Source: an uncultured Bacillota bacterium
Lineage (GTDB): Bacteria; Bacillota_I; Bacilli_A; RFN20; CAG-288
Assembly: GCA_949299015.1 (NCBI GenBank)
Contig: CASFYT010000002.1
Location: forward strand, 50,781-114,780
Length of the DNA: 64,000 nucleotides
Direction: 5' to 3'
Below are positions 7,785 to 18,007 of this stretch, piece after piece. The notes under the pieces were generated by a model, which made no database searches, was not told the origin of the DNA, and saw nothing but the letters and a program-made list of their open reading frames with translations. Position 1 is the stretch's first letter, and every line of letters begins with the position of its first letter. Both the position numbers and the translations under genes were made by a program.

Positions 7785-10544
7785 TCAGGCCGTCGGCCCG
7801 CTTTCCTTCTCTTCCTGGGAGGCGAGGGTAATCGTCTTGTCGGAGACTTCCTCCTTCTTCGGTTCCTCCTTCTTCAGGGACAGGGCAAAGCGCTGCTTGT
7901 TCATCAGGCGGTCGAAGAGGTTGAGGAGGAGCGTCAGGACGCCTGTCGAGACAGCACCGTAGATGATGAGGATCAGCCAGGTGGTCTTGTTCATGTCCCG
8001 GAAGTCGATGCCGGTCAGCTGCATCGAGAGGTTCCAGTAGGCGTCGGGGTCCAGGTTGTCCGGCCGGGCGCTGACGGCCGGGATGTAGGGGAGGACGAAG
8101 ACGAGAAGCAGGAAGAGCAGCAGGACCAGGCCGTAGAGGATCGTCCGATAAAGGTTGAAAGGAGAACAACAGTTGAAGACCATCGCGAGTGCGATGACCG
8201 ACATCGTCAGGGAGCAGAAGGTGGTGAACGTTCTCGCGCCGTTCTCCGTCAGGTCCAGGAAGGAACCGCCGTTGACGGTGTACATGATATAGTTGGCCCC
8301 GATTGCGGCGATGAGGACGATGGCCGCCGGAATGGCCCGGGAGAAGGTGTTCTTGAGGAAGTGTCCGGTGATCAGCTGGTTGTTCTTCTGGAGGGCGAGG
8401 GCGAAGGAGGGGACGCCGATGCCGACGACTTCCATGACGAGGATGTTGTTGGTCTCGAAGGGATAGCGGATGCCGTTTCCTCCGTTGAGGAAGGTCAGGA
8501 GGACGATGATGGTGAAGCAGATGGTGAAGATGGTCTTCATCAGATAGAGGGAGGAGGAGCGCTGGATGTTGTTGACGACACGCCTTCCTTCCTCGACGAC
8601 GGCCGGCATGGAGGCGAAGTTGGAATCCAGGAGGACGAGGTGCGCGGCGTTGCGCGCCGCGGAAGCTCCGTTTGCCATCGCCACGGAGCAGTCCGAGTTC
8701 TTCATCGCCAGGATGTCGTTGACGCCGTCTCCGGTCATTCCGACCGTATTCTTGCGGTTCTTCAGTTCCTTGACGATGGCAGCCTTCTGTTCCGGGGAGA
8801 CGCGTCCGAAGATGGTGTATTGATCGACGATCTCCGAGACCTCGCGCAGGGAGAGTCCTTCCAAGGAGACGCATTTCTCGGCGTTGGGAACGTTGCACTT
8901 CTTCGCAATCTCCGAAGCAGTCAAGGGATTGTCTCCGGAAATGATTTTGATTTGAACGCCGTTTTCCGTAAACCAACGAATCGTGTCTGGCGCCTCGGGT
9001 CGGATATGGTCTTCCAACGTGAAGATGGCCACGGGAAGCATTTTTCCCTTGATTTCTCCGTTCTCGATCTCCCGTTCGCTCTTGCAGAGCATGACGACGC
9101 GGTAGCCATTGGCCTGCTTCTTGGAGATGTAGCGGACGATGGTGCGGTCCCGGTTCTTGGCGTAGACATATTCCGGAGCGCCCAGGCAGTAGCACCCCTT
9201 CTCGAAGAAGCTGACGGCGGAGAACTTTCGGGCGGAGGAGAAGGGGAGGGTGCTCTTGACGCGGAAGTCGCTGCGCAGGGGATAGCGCTGGGAGAGGGCG
9301 ATCGAGGTCTGGTTGGATTCCTTGAAGGCGTTGAGGTAGGAACCCATGAGGAGAGGAAGGTCTTCGCTGGAGTCGACGACGAGGACTTCGTCGACGCGCA
9401 TCGTCCCGTCGGTCAGGGTTCCGGTCTTGTCTAGGCAGAGGACGTTGACCCGGGCAAGCATCTCGATGCAGTAGAGGTCCTGGACGAGGGTCTTCTTCTT
9501 TCCGAGGTTGATGACTCCGGCAGCCAAGGCGACGGACGTCAGGAGGTACATTCCCGAGGGAATCATTCCGACCATGCTTCCGGCCGTATACTTCATCGCC
9601 TCGGAGGCGATGTTCCAGGTGTCGGTGAAGGTCTTCGAAGCCTCGAGCCACTGGGTGCAGAAGGTACCGATTCCCAAGGGGATGATGATGATCGAGATGA
9701 CGCGGATGAGGAGGTTGAGGGAGCGGAGAAGTTCGCTCTTGGGCTTGCGGTATTCCTTGGCCCGGGCCTGGATGGAGGCGGAATAGTTGTATTCCCCGAC
9801 CTTCTCGGCCTGGAGGGTTCCCGATCCGGAGACGACGAAGGAACCGGCATAGACCTTGTCTCCGACGGCCTTCTTGATGGGGAGGGATTCGCCGGTCAGA
9901 AGGGATTCGTTGACTTCCATCTCGCCCTGGAGGACAACGGAGTCGGTCGGAATCTGATCTCCGTTCTTGAGGAAATAAATGTCGTCGAGGACCAGTTCGT
10001 CGGTCGGAAGGGTGCAGTTCTTTCGGTCGCGGCGGACGCGGACGGACTGGGAGGTGACCAGGCGGAGCTTGTCGATGGTCTTCTTCGCCTTGATTTCCTG
10101 GACGATGCCGATGACGGTGTTCAGGGCGGCGACGAGGAGGAAGTAGGTGGAGGAGTAGCGCCCGAAGACGAAGAGGGCGACGGCCAGGAGAAGCAGAAGC
10201 ATGTTGAAGAAGGTGAACACGTTCTTGACGATGATGGAGAGGACGGAGCGCGAGGCGGCGCTCTTCGTGACGTTCTGATAGCCCTGTTCCTGGCGCTCGA
10301 AGACCTGCTTGGAGGAGAGTCCTTCCTTGACGTCGGGATGGAAGCGGACCAGGTCGTCGGGGAGGACGGCCGGATGGAAGTCCTCCTTCTTCTTCGCCTT
10401 CTTCCAGAAGAAAAGGTCGGCGAAGCCTCTCTTCGTCTTCCTGGATTCGGGTTCTTCCTCCTCCTTCTTCTCGACGAGGCCCTTTCCTCCCTCTTCCTTG
10501 ATGCTGTTCTCTTCCTCCTCTTCCTTCTTCCGCCAAAGGTTCAT
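7785..10544 (-). CDS. cation-transporting P-type ATPase (CtpE-like)
   Basis: LTGES, DKTGTLT, SGDN, TGDGVND motifs; multiple TM helices. Confidence 0.93.
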   Translation of the reverse strand: MNLWRKKEEEEENSIKEEGGKGLVEKKEEEEPESRKTKRGFADLFFWKKAKKKEDFHPAVLPDDLVRFHPDVKEGLSSKQVFERQEQGYQNVTKSAASRSVLSIIVKNVFTFFNMLLLLLAVALFVFGRYSSTYFLLVAALNTVIGIVQEIKAKKTIDKLRLVTSQSVRVRRDRKNCTLPTDELVLDDIYFLKNGDQIPTDSVVLQGEMEVNESLLTGESLPIKKAVGDKVYAGSFVVSGSGTLQAEKVGEYNYSASIQARAKEYRKPKSELLRSLNLLIRVISIIIIPLGIGTFCTQWLEASKTFTDTWNIASEAMKYTAGSMVGMIPSGMYLLTSVALAAGVINLGKKKTLVQDLYCIEMLARVNVLCLDKTGTLTDGTMRVDEVLVVDSSEDLPLLMGSYLNAFKESNQTSIALSQRYPLRSDFRVKSTLPFSSARKFSAVSFFEKGCYCLGAPEYVYAKNRDRTIVRYISKKQANGYRVVMLCKSEREIENGEIKGKMLPVAIFTLEDHIRPEAPDTIRWFTENGVQIKIISGDNPLTASEIAKKCNVPNAEKCVSLEGLSLREVSEIVDQYTIFGRVSPEQKAAIVKELKNRKNTVGMTGDGVNDILAMKNSDCSVAMANGASAARNAAHLVLLDSNFASMPAVVEEGRRVVNNIQRSSSLYLMKTIFTICFTIIVLLTFLNGGNGIRYPFETNNILVMEVVGIGVPSFALALQKNNQLITGHFLKNTFSRAIPAAIVLIAAIGANYIMYTVNGGSFLDLTENGARTFTTFCSLTMSVIALAMVFNCCSPFNLYRTILYGLVLLLFLLLVFVLPYIPAVSARPDNLDPDAYWNLSMQLTGIDFRDMNKTTWLILIIYGAVSTGVLTLLLNLFDRLMNKQRFALSLKKEEPKKEEVSDKTITLASQEEKESGPTA

Positions 10545-10545
10545 C

Positions 10546-11136
10546 TCACTTTCCTCCCTTGGGAACGACGTGATGCTTGCGGCAACGCGCCTGATAGGAT
10601 TCGTTGGCTCCGACGAGGATGACGGGATCGTCCCTTCGCGCCGGCTTGCCGTCGATCAGACGCTGGGTCCTTGTCGCGCCGCATCCGCAGATGGTGCAGG
10701 CGGCCGAGAGCTTGGTGACGAACTCAGCCACGGCCAGAAGGCGCGGCATCGGGCCGAAGGGCTCTCCGCGGAAGTCGAGGTCCAGCCCGGCGCAGATGAC
10801 GCGGATGCCCTTGTCGGCGAGGTCGTTGCAGAGGGCGACGACCTCGTCGCCGAAGAACTGGACTTCGTCGATGGCGACGACGTCGGTCGTCTTGTCGATG
10901 TAGTCGTAGATCTCCTCGGCCTTGTGGATGGCGTAGGCCTCGAACATCTCTCCGTCATGGCTGGCGATCTTGCATTCGTCGTAGCGGTCGTCGATGGCGG
11001 GCTTGAACGAGACGATGCGCTTGTGGGCATAGGAAAGGGTCCGAAGGCGGCGGATGAGCTCTTCGCTCTTGCCGGCGAACATCGGGCCGGTGATGACTTC
11101 GATCCAGCCCTTCTGCAGTTCTTGATACATGGTCAT
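10546..11136 (-). CDS. tdk: thymidine kinase
   Basis: [28 protein letters not shown] motifs; Zn site CTIC..RCRKH. Confidence 0.97.
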   Translation of the reverse strand: MTMYQELQKGWIEVITGPMFAGKSEELIRRLRTLSYAHKRIVSFKPAIDDRYDECKIASHDGEMFEAYAIHKAEEIYDYIDKTTDVVAIDEVQFFGDEVVALCNDLADKGIRVICAGLDLDFRGEPFGPMPRLLAVAEFVTKLSAACTICGCGATRTQRLIDGKPARRDDPVILVGANESYQARCRKHHVVPKGGK

Positions 11137-12635
11137 GCTCCTTTGATCTCCAGGTTTCTCGACAACAGGTCGAACTTTCTTCGGCTTCTTCCGCTCAGCT
11201 CCCGGACGTCCTTCTGTTCGTCGTCGAGGAGAGGGAAGACGAAGGAGAGCAGGAGGAAGACGGTCGAGGCTTCGTCCAAGGTGAAGAAGCGGGGTTCGAA
11301 GAGGAAGTAGAGAAGATAGCCGACGATCAGGACGAGGGAGAGGACGCCCTTCTCCTTCTCCAATCCCCTGAACTGACGGCAGGCGATGTAGATCAGGAAG
11401 AGGAGGAAGAGGAGGGAGAGGAGAAGGCCGACGATTCCGTCGTGCATCACCACGTCGGCAAGGCCGTTGTGGCTGGTGACCGTCTGCGCCTCTCCGCCGA
11501 CGGCGACGAGCAGGGAGTGGAAGAGGTTGTGGAAGGGGATGCGTCCATAGCCGAGGACGAGGAAGAAGGGGGTGTTGAGCATCTCGAGGGCGAGGATGCG
11601 GAGAATGTCCCGCGAATGGACGGTGGACTGGTTGAGGAAACGGTCATAGATGGTCTGGATGAAGACGGCCAAGGGGTTGTCCGGATCGAGGAGGAACCCT
11701 GTCGCCAGGGTGACGAGGAAGCACAGGGCAAGGGCGAAGGAGAGGATGGAGTAGACCTTGTGCCGCCGGAAGGCGAAGAACGGATAGAAGAAGGAAAAGA
11801 GCAGGAGGACGATCGTTCCGATGGCGGCGGGAGTGCGGCTGGAGATGACGACGCAGTTGAAGGTGAAGAAGATCGCCAGGAGGGGCGTGACGGGATTGGC
11901 CTTCTTGACGAAGAGAACCAGGGAGGAGAACGTGCCGATCATCAGGAGGAATCCGTAGACGTTCTTGTTGGGCGTGAAGGAGATGATGTCGACGATGCCC
12001 TCCTCCTTCCTCCAAAGCGTCAGGAGGTTGTGGAGGAAGTCCTCGCGCTCAAAGATCATGACGTCGATGAATCCGGCGAGGGCGATTGCAATCAGGACGA
12101 GGAGGACACAGTCGAGGAAATATGTCCATTTTTTTCCGAATGTCGGAAGAAGGTTCAAGGCGATGACGAAGTAGGAACCAAAGGCAAGGTCGACAAGGAA
12201 GCTGACGATTCGATCGGAAATCGGATATTCGTAGCTCAAGGTGACAATCTGCTGGTAATGGGTGGAGAAGAAGGTATAGGCCGTGTCGCCGTAGGGGATG
12301 GCGAAGATGCCGACGATTCGGCTGACGACGAAGACGGCCAGGAGCGAAAGCGTGACCGTAAAGCGCAGGCGATGCCTTTCCTTGGGGAAGCGGCGAACCC
12401 AGAGGAGAAGGGCGAAGAGGAAGAAGAGGAGGAGCAGGGGGATGGCAAGGGAAGGATTGAGGGAACGCCCGAGGTCGTTGGAGATGTTGAGGAAGAAGTT
12501 TCCTTCTCCTTCGCCCAGCGAAAAGCGACCGAGGAGAAAGAGAGGAAGGAAGAGGGTGAGGAGCAGGAAGAGGGCAATGTCGAGGATATCCCTGTTCTTC
12601 CTTCCCCGCAGCGCCGGAACGATGGCCATGGTCAC
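11133..12635 (-). CDS. O-antigen ligase/Wzy_C-like polytopic membrane protein
   Basis: About 12 TM segments; NKN, SSRT, SR..L, LGYG and SHNG..D...GIVG motifs typical of the family. Confidence 0.7.
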   Translation of the reverse strand: MTMAIVPALRGRKNRDILDIALFLLLTLFLPLFLLGRFSLGEGEGNFFLNISNDLGRSLNPSLAIPLLLLFFLFALLLWVRRFPKERHRLRFTVTLSLLAVFVVSRIVGIFAIPYGDTAYTFFSTHYQQIVTLSYEYPISDRIVSFLVDLAFGSYFVIALNLLPTFGKKWTYFLDCVLLVLIAIALAGFIDVMIFEREDFLHNLLTLWRKEEGIVDIISFTPNKNVYGFLLMIGTFSSLVLFVKKANPVTPLLAIFFTFNCVVISSRTPAAIGTIVLLLFSFFYPFFAFRRHKVYSILSFALALCFLVTLATGFLLDPDNPLAVFIQTIYDRFLNQSTVHSRDILRILALEMLNTPFFLVLGYGRIPFHNLFHSLLVAVGGEAQTVTSHNGLADVVMHDGIVGLLLSLLFLLFLIYIACRQFRGLEKEKGVLSLVLIVGYLLYFLFEPRFFTLDEASTVFLLLSFVFPLLDDEQKDVRELSGRSRRKFDLLSRNLEIKGA

Positions 12636-13342
12636 TGCGCCCCTTCCTTCTGGAAGACCTTGACGATGGTGCGCAGGAAGATCTTGAGGTCGAAGAACAG
12701 GGAACGATGCTTGATGTAGTACAGTTCCATGTTGATCCGCTCGGTGTAGTCGACGCTGGAACGGCCATGGCAGGCCCAGTAGCTCGTGATGCCGGGGCGG
12801 ACCGAGAGCAGGACTTTCCTCGTCAAGCCGTAGCGATCCGTCTCCTCTTCGATGATGGGACGGGGACCGACGAAGGACATCGATCCGAGGAAGACATTGA
12901 AGAGCTGGGGAAGCTCGTCGAGGGAGGTCTTGCGGAGGAACCTTCCAAAGGAGGTGATGCGCGGGTCGTTGTCGACCTTGAATTCCCTTCGGAACTGCTC
13001 GAGCTGTTCGGGGGTCAGCTGTTCCTCGATGGGCCTGTTGTCGACCTTCATCGTCCGGAACTTGTACATCGAGAAGGGTTTTCCCTTCCGGCCGATCCGG
13101 CGATGCTTGTAGATGACGGGTCCCTTGGAGGTGAGTTTGACCAGCACAGCCAGGATGAGATAGAGCCAGGAGAAGAGAATCAGGAACGTGCCAGAGGTCA
13201 GGATGTCGAAGAAGCGCTTGAAAAAGGAATAGATCGGCTTCTTCCGAAAATAATAGGCGCTGTCGACGGTCGCCTGAATCTTTTGGATTTCCAGTGTATT
13301 TTGACCCTCGTCAAGCGGGGGTTGCGGTCTGTTCGGTGTCAT
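12632..13342 (-). CDS. priming sugar transferase (polyprenol-phosphate phosphoglycosyl transferase)
   Basis: KRFFD, YKFRTM, DPRIT..GRFLRKTSLDELPQL, GPRP, RPGIT motifs. Confidence 0.95.
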   Translation of the reverse strand: MTPNRPQPPLDEGQNTLEIQKIQATVDSAYYFRKKPIYSFFKRFFDILTSGTFLILFSWLYLILAVLVKLTSKGPVIYKHRRIGRKGKPFSMYKFRTMKVDNRPIEEQLTPEQLEQFRREFKVDNDPRITSFGRFLRKTSLDELPQLFNVFLGSMSFVGPRPIIEEETDRYGLTRKVLLSVRPGITSYWACHGRSSVDYTERINMELYYIKHRSLFFDLKIFLRTIVKVFQKEGAQ

Positions 13343-13357
13343 GCGTTCTCCTTGGTA

Positions 13358-13918
13358 TTACAGGTCGAGGCTTTGAAGGTAGCTGTCGACGATGCCACAG
13401 ATGTCTCCCAGCGTCTTGATGGAGAGGCGGTAGTTCCCCTTGGCTTCTAGGGAATGGGTGAAGCTGGGGAAGACATAGGCGTTGGGATAGAGGGCAAGCT
13501 TTTCCCTAGCATCGGGGAAGAAGCGGTCGTGGTCGCCGACGATGACAAGGTCGTTCTTTTCGATCAGGGGCAGGGTCTGCTCCAGAGGCGTCACGAGGAT
13601 TTGGTGAAGGGATTGGATCCTCCTCCCGAGATAGTTCTTCAGGTTGCACGCGACGAGGGTTCCGATCGACTTGGAAAGAAAGACGACTTCGTCGTATTCT
13701 TCGAAGGGGATAGAGGCGGTCGCGTTGAGCGTATCCCGGGCAGCGTTGCGGATGTTCACTTCCAGCGGCTCGACTTCCTCGACTTCCCGCGGGACGTCGT
13801 AGTGAAGAAGGAACGTCTCGAAGCCGTGGGACTCCAGAATCCTTGTCGGAAAATAGAGGAGCGAGCGGTCGGTGCTGTAGCGTCTTCCCGGGAAGACTAC
13901 GCAAAGTTTTTTGGCCAT
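13358..13918 (-). CDS. small alpha/beta-hydrolase fold protein
   Basis: FPG..Y, SKSIG elbow, GDHD, HSLE give a possible Ser-Asp-His triad. Confidence 0.7.
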   Translation of the reverse strand: MAKKLCVVFPGRRYSTDRSLLYFPTRILESHGFETFLLHYDVPREVEEVEPLEVNIRNAARDTLNATASIPFEEYDEVVFLSKSIGTLVACNLKNYLGRRIQSLHQILVTPLEQTLPLIEKNDLVIVGDHDRFFPDAREKLALYPNAYVFPSFTHSLEAKGNYRLSIKTLGDICGIVDSYLQSLDL

Positions 13919-14016
13919 GGTGCAATTTCCTCTATCGAAGTCGTGCCAGCATATATAATAGTATAAGACTTACCTCGTCGGGAAAGAACCGGCGAAGCAA
14001 GAAAAGGAGGTTCTTG

Positions 14017-14244
14017 ATGAAAGGAACGATCTTGATGTCGCGAAAGGGAAGGCTGCTCTTGCTGTCGGATAATCGCTATTACATCGTCAACGGGACGGGA
14101 GCGGAAGGGGAAAGCTACGAATTTCAGCCGGAACAGGCTCTTTCGATGCCTTCCTACCTCTTTGCCATTGCGGCGATCGAGGAGGAAAACCTCGACCAGA
14201 CCCTGGAATTCATCCAGGAAAAGTGGTTCCGCCATCGGAAGTAG
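14017..14244 (+). CDS. hypothetical protein (75 aa)
   Basis: AAGGAGG RBS, ATG start, divergent promoter region with TATAAT. Confidence 0.7.
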   Translation: MKGTILMSRKGRLLLLSDNRYYIVNGTGAEGESYEFQPEQALSMPSYLFAIAAIEEENLDQTLEFIQEKWFRHRK

Positions 14245-14296
14245 ACGATGCTGCTGACAGGGACGTGGTCCTTGTCAGTTTTTGGAAGGAGCACCT

Positions 14297-15004
14297 ATGA
14301 CAATCGAACAGAACCGTTCCGCCCTTCTCCAGTCTCCTGCCGGCTGGGAAGAACTCTTCGATTCGCTGAAGAAGGATGAGAAATTCCTGTCCCTGGTCGA
14401 CCGCGTCGCCCGGGAAGCGAGCCAGGAGAAGGTCTATCCGCCTCTTCCGGATGTCTACCGGGCCTTCTCGCTTGTTCCACCTTCGGAGGTGAAGGTCGTC
14501 ATCCTGGGACAGGATCCCTACTTTCACGAGGGACAGGCGAACGGCCTTGCCTTTTCCGTCGGAAAAGGGACGAAACTTCCTCCATCACTTGTCAATATCT
14601 ATAAAGAACTTTCGTATGAGTATTCTTTTCCGATTCCAAGGACGAACGGTGATTTGACGCCTTGGGCGAAACAGGGCGTCCTTCTTCTCAACAGCAGCCT
14701 GACGGTCCAAGACGGCGAGCCCAACAGCCATGCCAACTACGGATGGGAGGAGGTGACCGATCGGGCCATCGACTTCCTGGATGCCCGAGACCAGTACATC
14801 GTCTATCTTCTCTGGGGTTCCTTTGCGCAGAAGAAGGCGGAGAGGATCCACAGCCCGAAGGCCATGCTGATCAAGACGGCTCACCCCTCTCCCCTTTCCG
14901 CCAGCAAAGGCTTCTTCTGCTCCGATTGTTTCTATCGCGCCAACCGCTACCTGAAGGAGAAGGGACTCAAGGAAATCGATTTCCAGATTCGGGACGTGGG
15001 ATGA
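14297..15004 (+). CDS. ung: uracil-DNA glycosylase
   Basis: GQDPY, GLAFSV, GVLLLN, HPSPLS motifs. Confidence 0.97.
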   Translation: MTIEQNRSALLQSPAGWEELFDSLKKDEKFLSLVDRVAREASQEKVYPPLPDVYRAFSLVPPSEVKVVILGQDPYFHEGQANGLAFSVGKGTKLPPSLVNIYKELSYEYSFPIPRTNGDLTPWAKQGVLLLNSSLTVQDGEPNSHANYGWEEVTDRAIDFLDARDQYIVYLLWGSFAQKKAERIHSPKAMLIKTAHPSPLSASKGFFCSDCFYRANRYLKEKGLKEIDFQIRDVG

Positions 15005-15067
15005 TTTGGATTTTGTTTTGCCGAGACTTTATAATAAGAAACGCTATTTCAAAGGAGCTTGTACATT

Positions 15068-16066
15068 ATGGAAAACACCGAGATTCTGAAGAAGATCCAA
15101 GCCTATGCCAACGAAGAGGTCAAAAAGGTCAGCATCCAGCGCGAAGCGGAGCTGTCCTTCGTCTATTCGGAAGAGCTGGAAGACAAGACGCTGAACGTCT
15201 TCTGCCTTGGCGCCGACATGCCGAACCTGATCTATCGGGTTTTCCACGTCGATGCGGAAGGCAACGTCCTCGAGGAGAGGAACATGCAGGACGCTGCGAA
15301 GCTCACGGCGCACTTCAACCGCGACATCAAGCCGACGCTGAAGCTCGTTCCTCCGGCCATCGAAGAGACGTTCGAATACCAGATCCTGGTCGAGAACAGG
15401 AGCGAGGGCCGTCCGGTCGAGATCAAGCTCCGCTCCTCGGTCGGAAGAGACATCACGATGTACGAGATCTATCGCTACTTCGACTATAAGACGAAGGTCT
15501 TCTTCGTCAACCTTGCCGGACTCTCCTTCCCGGGCCAGTACCTCTTCTCCGTCACGCCGGACAGCAAGGGACTGCGCCTTGTCATCTCCAACAACGAGAC
15601 GATCCGGAGCCGTGTGGCGATGATGAACGAACTTCTTCGCAACCGCCTCCTCCCCTCCTATCGTTCCATCGACGATGCGGCGAAGATCCTTTCGGGCAAG
15701 GCGAAGGCCAATGTCACGCTCAACGACCGCGAAGGCAAGCAGATCCGCTTCACCTGCCAGTTCGTCTATGACGATGAGGAGACGCAGACCCGCTTTGCCT
15801 TCTTCATCGCGGACGACGATGCCAAGAAAGGCGTCTGCATGGTTCAGGACATCCTCGACAACAACAAGCTCACCCTTCCCAACCAGTGGACCGAAGAGCA
15901 GAAGAAGGCCTTCGACCGCATCCAGGTCGTCATGAAGGAGAAGCAGGAAGAGTTCCGCAAGAACGTCACGAGCTTCTTCGCCGACAACCTCGACTTCCGC
16001 TACAAGGCCTTCCAGGACGGCAGGCTGAAGGCGCCCGAGGCCGAGGCTCCTGAGCAGACGAAGTAA
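15068..16066 (+). CDS. hypothetical soluble protein, three DUF1292-like repeats
   Basis: AAAGGAG RBS, upstream TATAAT, optimal codons; third unit VTLNDREGKQIRFTCQFVYDDEETQTRFAFF resembles DUF1292. Confidence 0.7.
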   Translation: MENTEILKKIQAYANEEVKKVSIQREAELSFVYSEELEDKTLNVFCLGADMPNLIYRVFHVDAEGNVLEERNMQDAAKLTAHFNRDIKPTLKLVPPAIEETFEYQILVENRSEGRPVEIKLRSSVGRDITMYEIYRYFDYKTKVFFVNLAGLSFPGQYLFSVTPDSKGLRLVISNNETIRSRVAMMNELLRNRLLPSYRSIDDAAKILSGKAKANVTLNDREGKQIRFTCQFVYDDEETQTRFAFFIADDDAKKGVCMVQDILDNNKLTLPNQWTEEQKKAFDRIQVVMKEKQEEFRKNVTSFFADNLDFRYKAFQDGRLKAPEAEAPEQTK

Positions 16067-16105
16067 ATTCTCTCCTCCCGAAAGCACGAAAAAGGAGGAC
16101 ACGCC

Positions 16106-17086
16106 ATGTCCAATCAGACGAAATTCACTTCTGGTTTCCTCAAGATGCACAACGACAAGGGGCTGGAAGGCGTTTTCAGCACGCTCGGCGCCGGATGCTA
16201 TTCCCTGACGCTTCACGGAAAGCCCCTGATCCTTCAGCCGAAAGACGTCGAGACCTATCTTTCGTCTCCTCAGTTCTTCGGCAAGACGCTGGGCCGCGTC
16301 GCCGGCCGCATCCCGGAGACGATCCACATCATCGACGAGGATTACAAGGTCCTGGCCGACAAGAAGGGAATCTGCCTCCACGGAGGAGAACTGGAATCCC
16401 TCTCCTTCCGCAACTTCAAGAGCGAGGTCTTTCCGAACAAGGACGAGGACTCGATCGTCTTCGTCTATGTCTCTCCCGATGGCGAATGCGGATTCCCGGG
16501 CAACCTCGAAGTTCGCATCACCTACGCGATGCCCCGTACGGAAAACGCCCTGATCATCACGCAGGAGTTCCGGACGACGAAGGAGACGTGGGTCTCCCTC
16601 TCCAACCACATCTACTGGAACTTCTTTGGCGACGAGAACGTCAACGACTACACGCTCATGGTCAACGCCGGACATTACGGCGTCTTCAAGAAGGGGACGC
16701 AGCTGGTCGTGGATGAGGCCGCCGTTCCGGAGTGCCTGGACTTCCAGACGCCGGCCCTGCTCAAGGAGAAGCTCGATCGGATCGAGAAGGAAATCCCCGA
16801 GATCGGGACCCTGGACCACGCCTTCCGCTTCCATACGGCCGCGCACGACGAACCGCAGGTCGTCCTGGAGAGCAAGGATCTCCGCCTGGAATGCCGGACG
16901 GACTACAACGGTCTCAACCTCTATGTCGACACGTCGATGACGGATGTCGAATTTGCCAACCGTCCGGGGCTGAAGAAGCGCCGTGCCATTGCCATCGAAC
17001 CGCAACTCTTCCCGACGGACAGCAAGTTGGTCGTCCCTGGAATCACTTACAAACACGTGATTCGATACGATATCAAGACAAAATAA
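16106..17086 (+). CDS. galM: aldose 1-epimerase (galactose mutarotase)
   Basis: GRVAGRI, LHGG, GFPGNL, SNHIYWN, AIEPQ motifs. Confidence 0.88.
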   Translation: MSNQTKFTSGFLKMHNDKGLEGVFSTLGAGCYSLTLHGKPLILQPKDVETYLSSPQFFGKTLGRVAGRIPETIHIIDEDYKVLADKKGICLHGGELESLSFRNFKSEVFPNKDEDSIVFVYVSPDGECGFPGNLEVRITYAMPRTENALIITQEFRTTKETWVSLSNHIYWNFFGDENVNDYTLMVNAGHYGVFKKGTQLVVDEAAVPECLDFQTPALLKEKLDRIEKEIPEIGTLDHAFRFHTAAHDEPQVVLESKDLRLECRTDYNGLNLYVDTSMTDVEFANRPGLKKRRAIAIEPQLFPTDSKLVVPGITYKHVIRYDIKTK

Positions 17087-17101
17087 AGGAAGGCATCGCA
17101 T

Positions 17102-18007
17102 ATGAATCTTTTGGAGAACATGGAAATTCCGGATCTTTCGGGTGTGCCGGCTGTCGCCTTGGAGACGACCGTCTTGACGCATGGGATGCCCTATCCTCAG
17201 AACGTCGAGTGCGCCTTGGCCTGCGAGGAGGAAATCCGCAAGGCCGGTGCCAAGCCGTATACCATCGGGATCCTGGACGGAAGGATCAAGATCGGCCTGA
17301 CGAAGGAAGAAATCGAAGCCTTGGGAAGGAATACCACGGCCATCAAGGTCTCCCGGAAGGACATCCCCTACTGCATCGCCGAAGGGAAGACCGGATCGAC
17401 GACGGTCGCGGCGACGATGATCCTGGCCCATCTTGCCGGCATCCGCATCTTTGCGACCGGCGGCATCGGCGGCGTTCATCGCGGCTTTGAGGAGACGATG
17501 GACGTCTCCAGCGACCTGGAGGAATTCTCCAAGACGCCGGTCCACGTCGTCTGCGCCGGTCCCAAGGCGATTCTGGACATTCCGCGGACGATGGAATACC
17601 TTGAGACGAAGGGCGTTCCCGTCCTGGGCTATCAGACGGAATTCCTTCCTCTCTTCTATACGAGGACCTCTTCCTATCGCTTGGATATCTCCTGCCGGGA
17701 TGCCGAAGACGTAGCGACCCTGCTCCAGCTCCAGGAACAACTGGGTCTGAAGTCGGGATCCCTGATCGTCAACCCGGTTCCGGAGGAATATTCCCTCGAC
17801 CCGGAATTCGTCGAGGACTGCATCCAGAAGGCGCTGTCGATGATGGAGAAGGACGGAATCCATGGAAAGCAGGTCACGCCCTACCTCCTGGACAAGCTGG
17901 TCGGCATCACCGGCGGAAAATCCCTGGAGACGAACGTGGCCCTGATCAAGAACAACGCCCGCGTTGCCGGCGAGATCGCTGTGGCGCTGTGGAGGAAGGA
18001 CCGTTGA
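17102..18007 (+). CDS. psuG: pseudouridine-5'-phosphate glycosidase
   Basis: ALETT..HGMPYPQN, FATGGIGGVHRG, CAGPKAILD, VTPYLL motifs. Confidence 0.95.
   Translation: MNLLENMEIPDLSGVPAVALETTVLTHGMPYPQNVECALACEEEIRKAGAKPYTIGILDGRIKIGLTKEEIEALGRNTTAIKVSRKDIPYCIAEGKTGSTTVAATMILAHLAGIRIFATGGIGGVHRGFEETMDVSSDLEEFSKTPVHVVCAGPKAILDIPRTMEYLETKGVPVLGYQTEFLPLFYTRTSSYRLDISCRDAEDVATLLQLQEQLGLKSGSLIVNPVPEEYSLDPEFVEDCIQKALSMMEKDGIHGKQVTPYLLDKLVGITGGKSLETNVALIKNNARVAGEIAVALWRKDR

Noticed and set aside
7696..10536. Long Arg/Pro-rich same-strand alternative-frame ORFs
   Set aside because: Frame-shifted shadows of real genes in GC-rich DNA.
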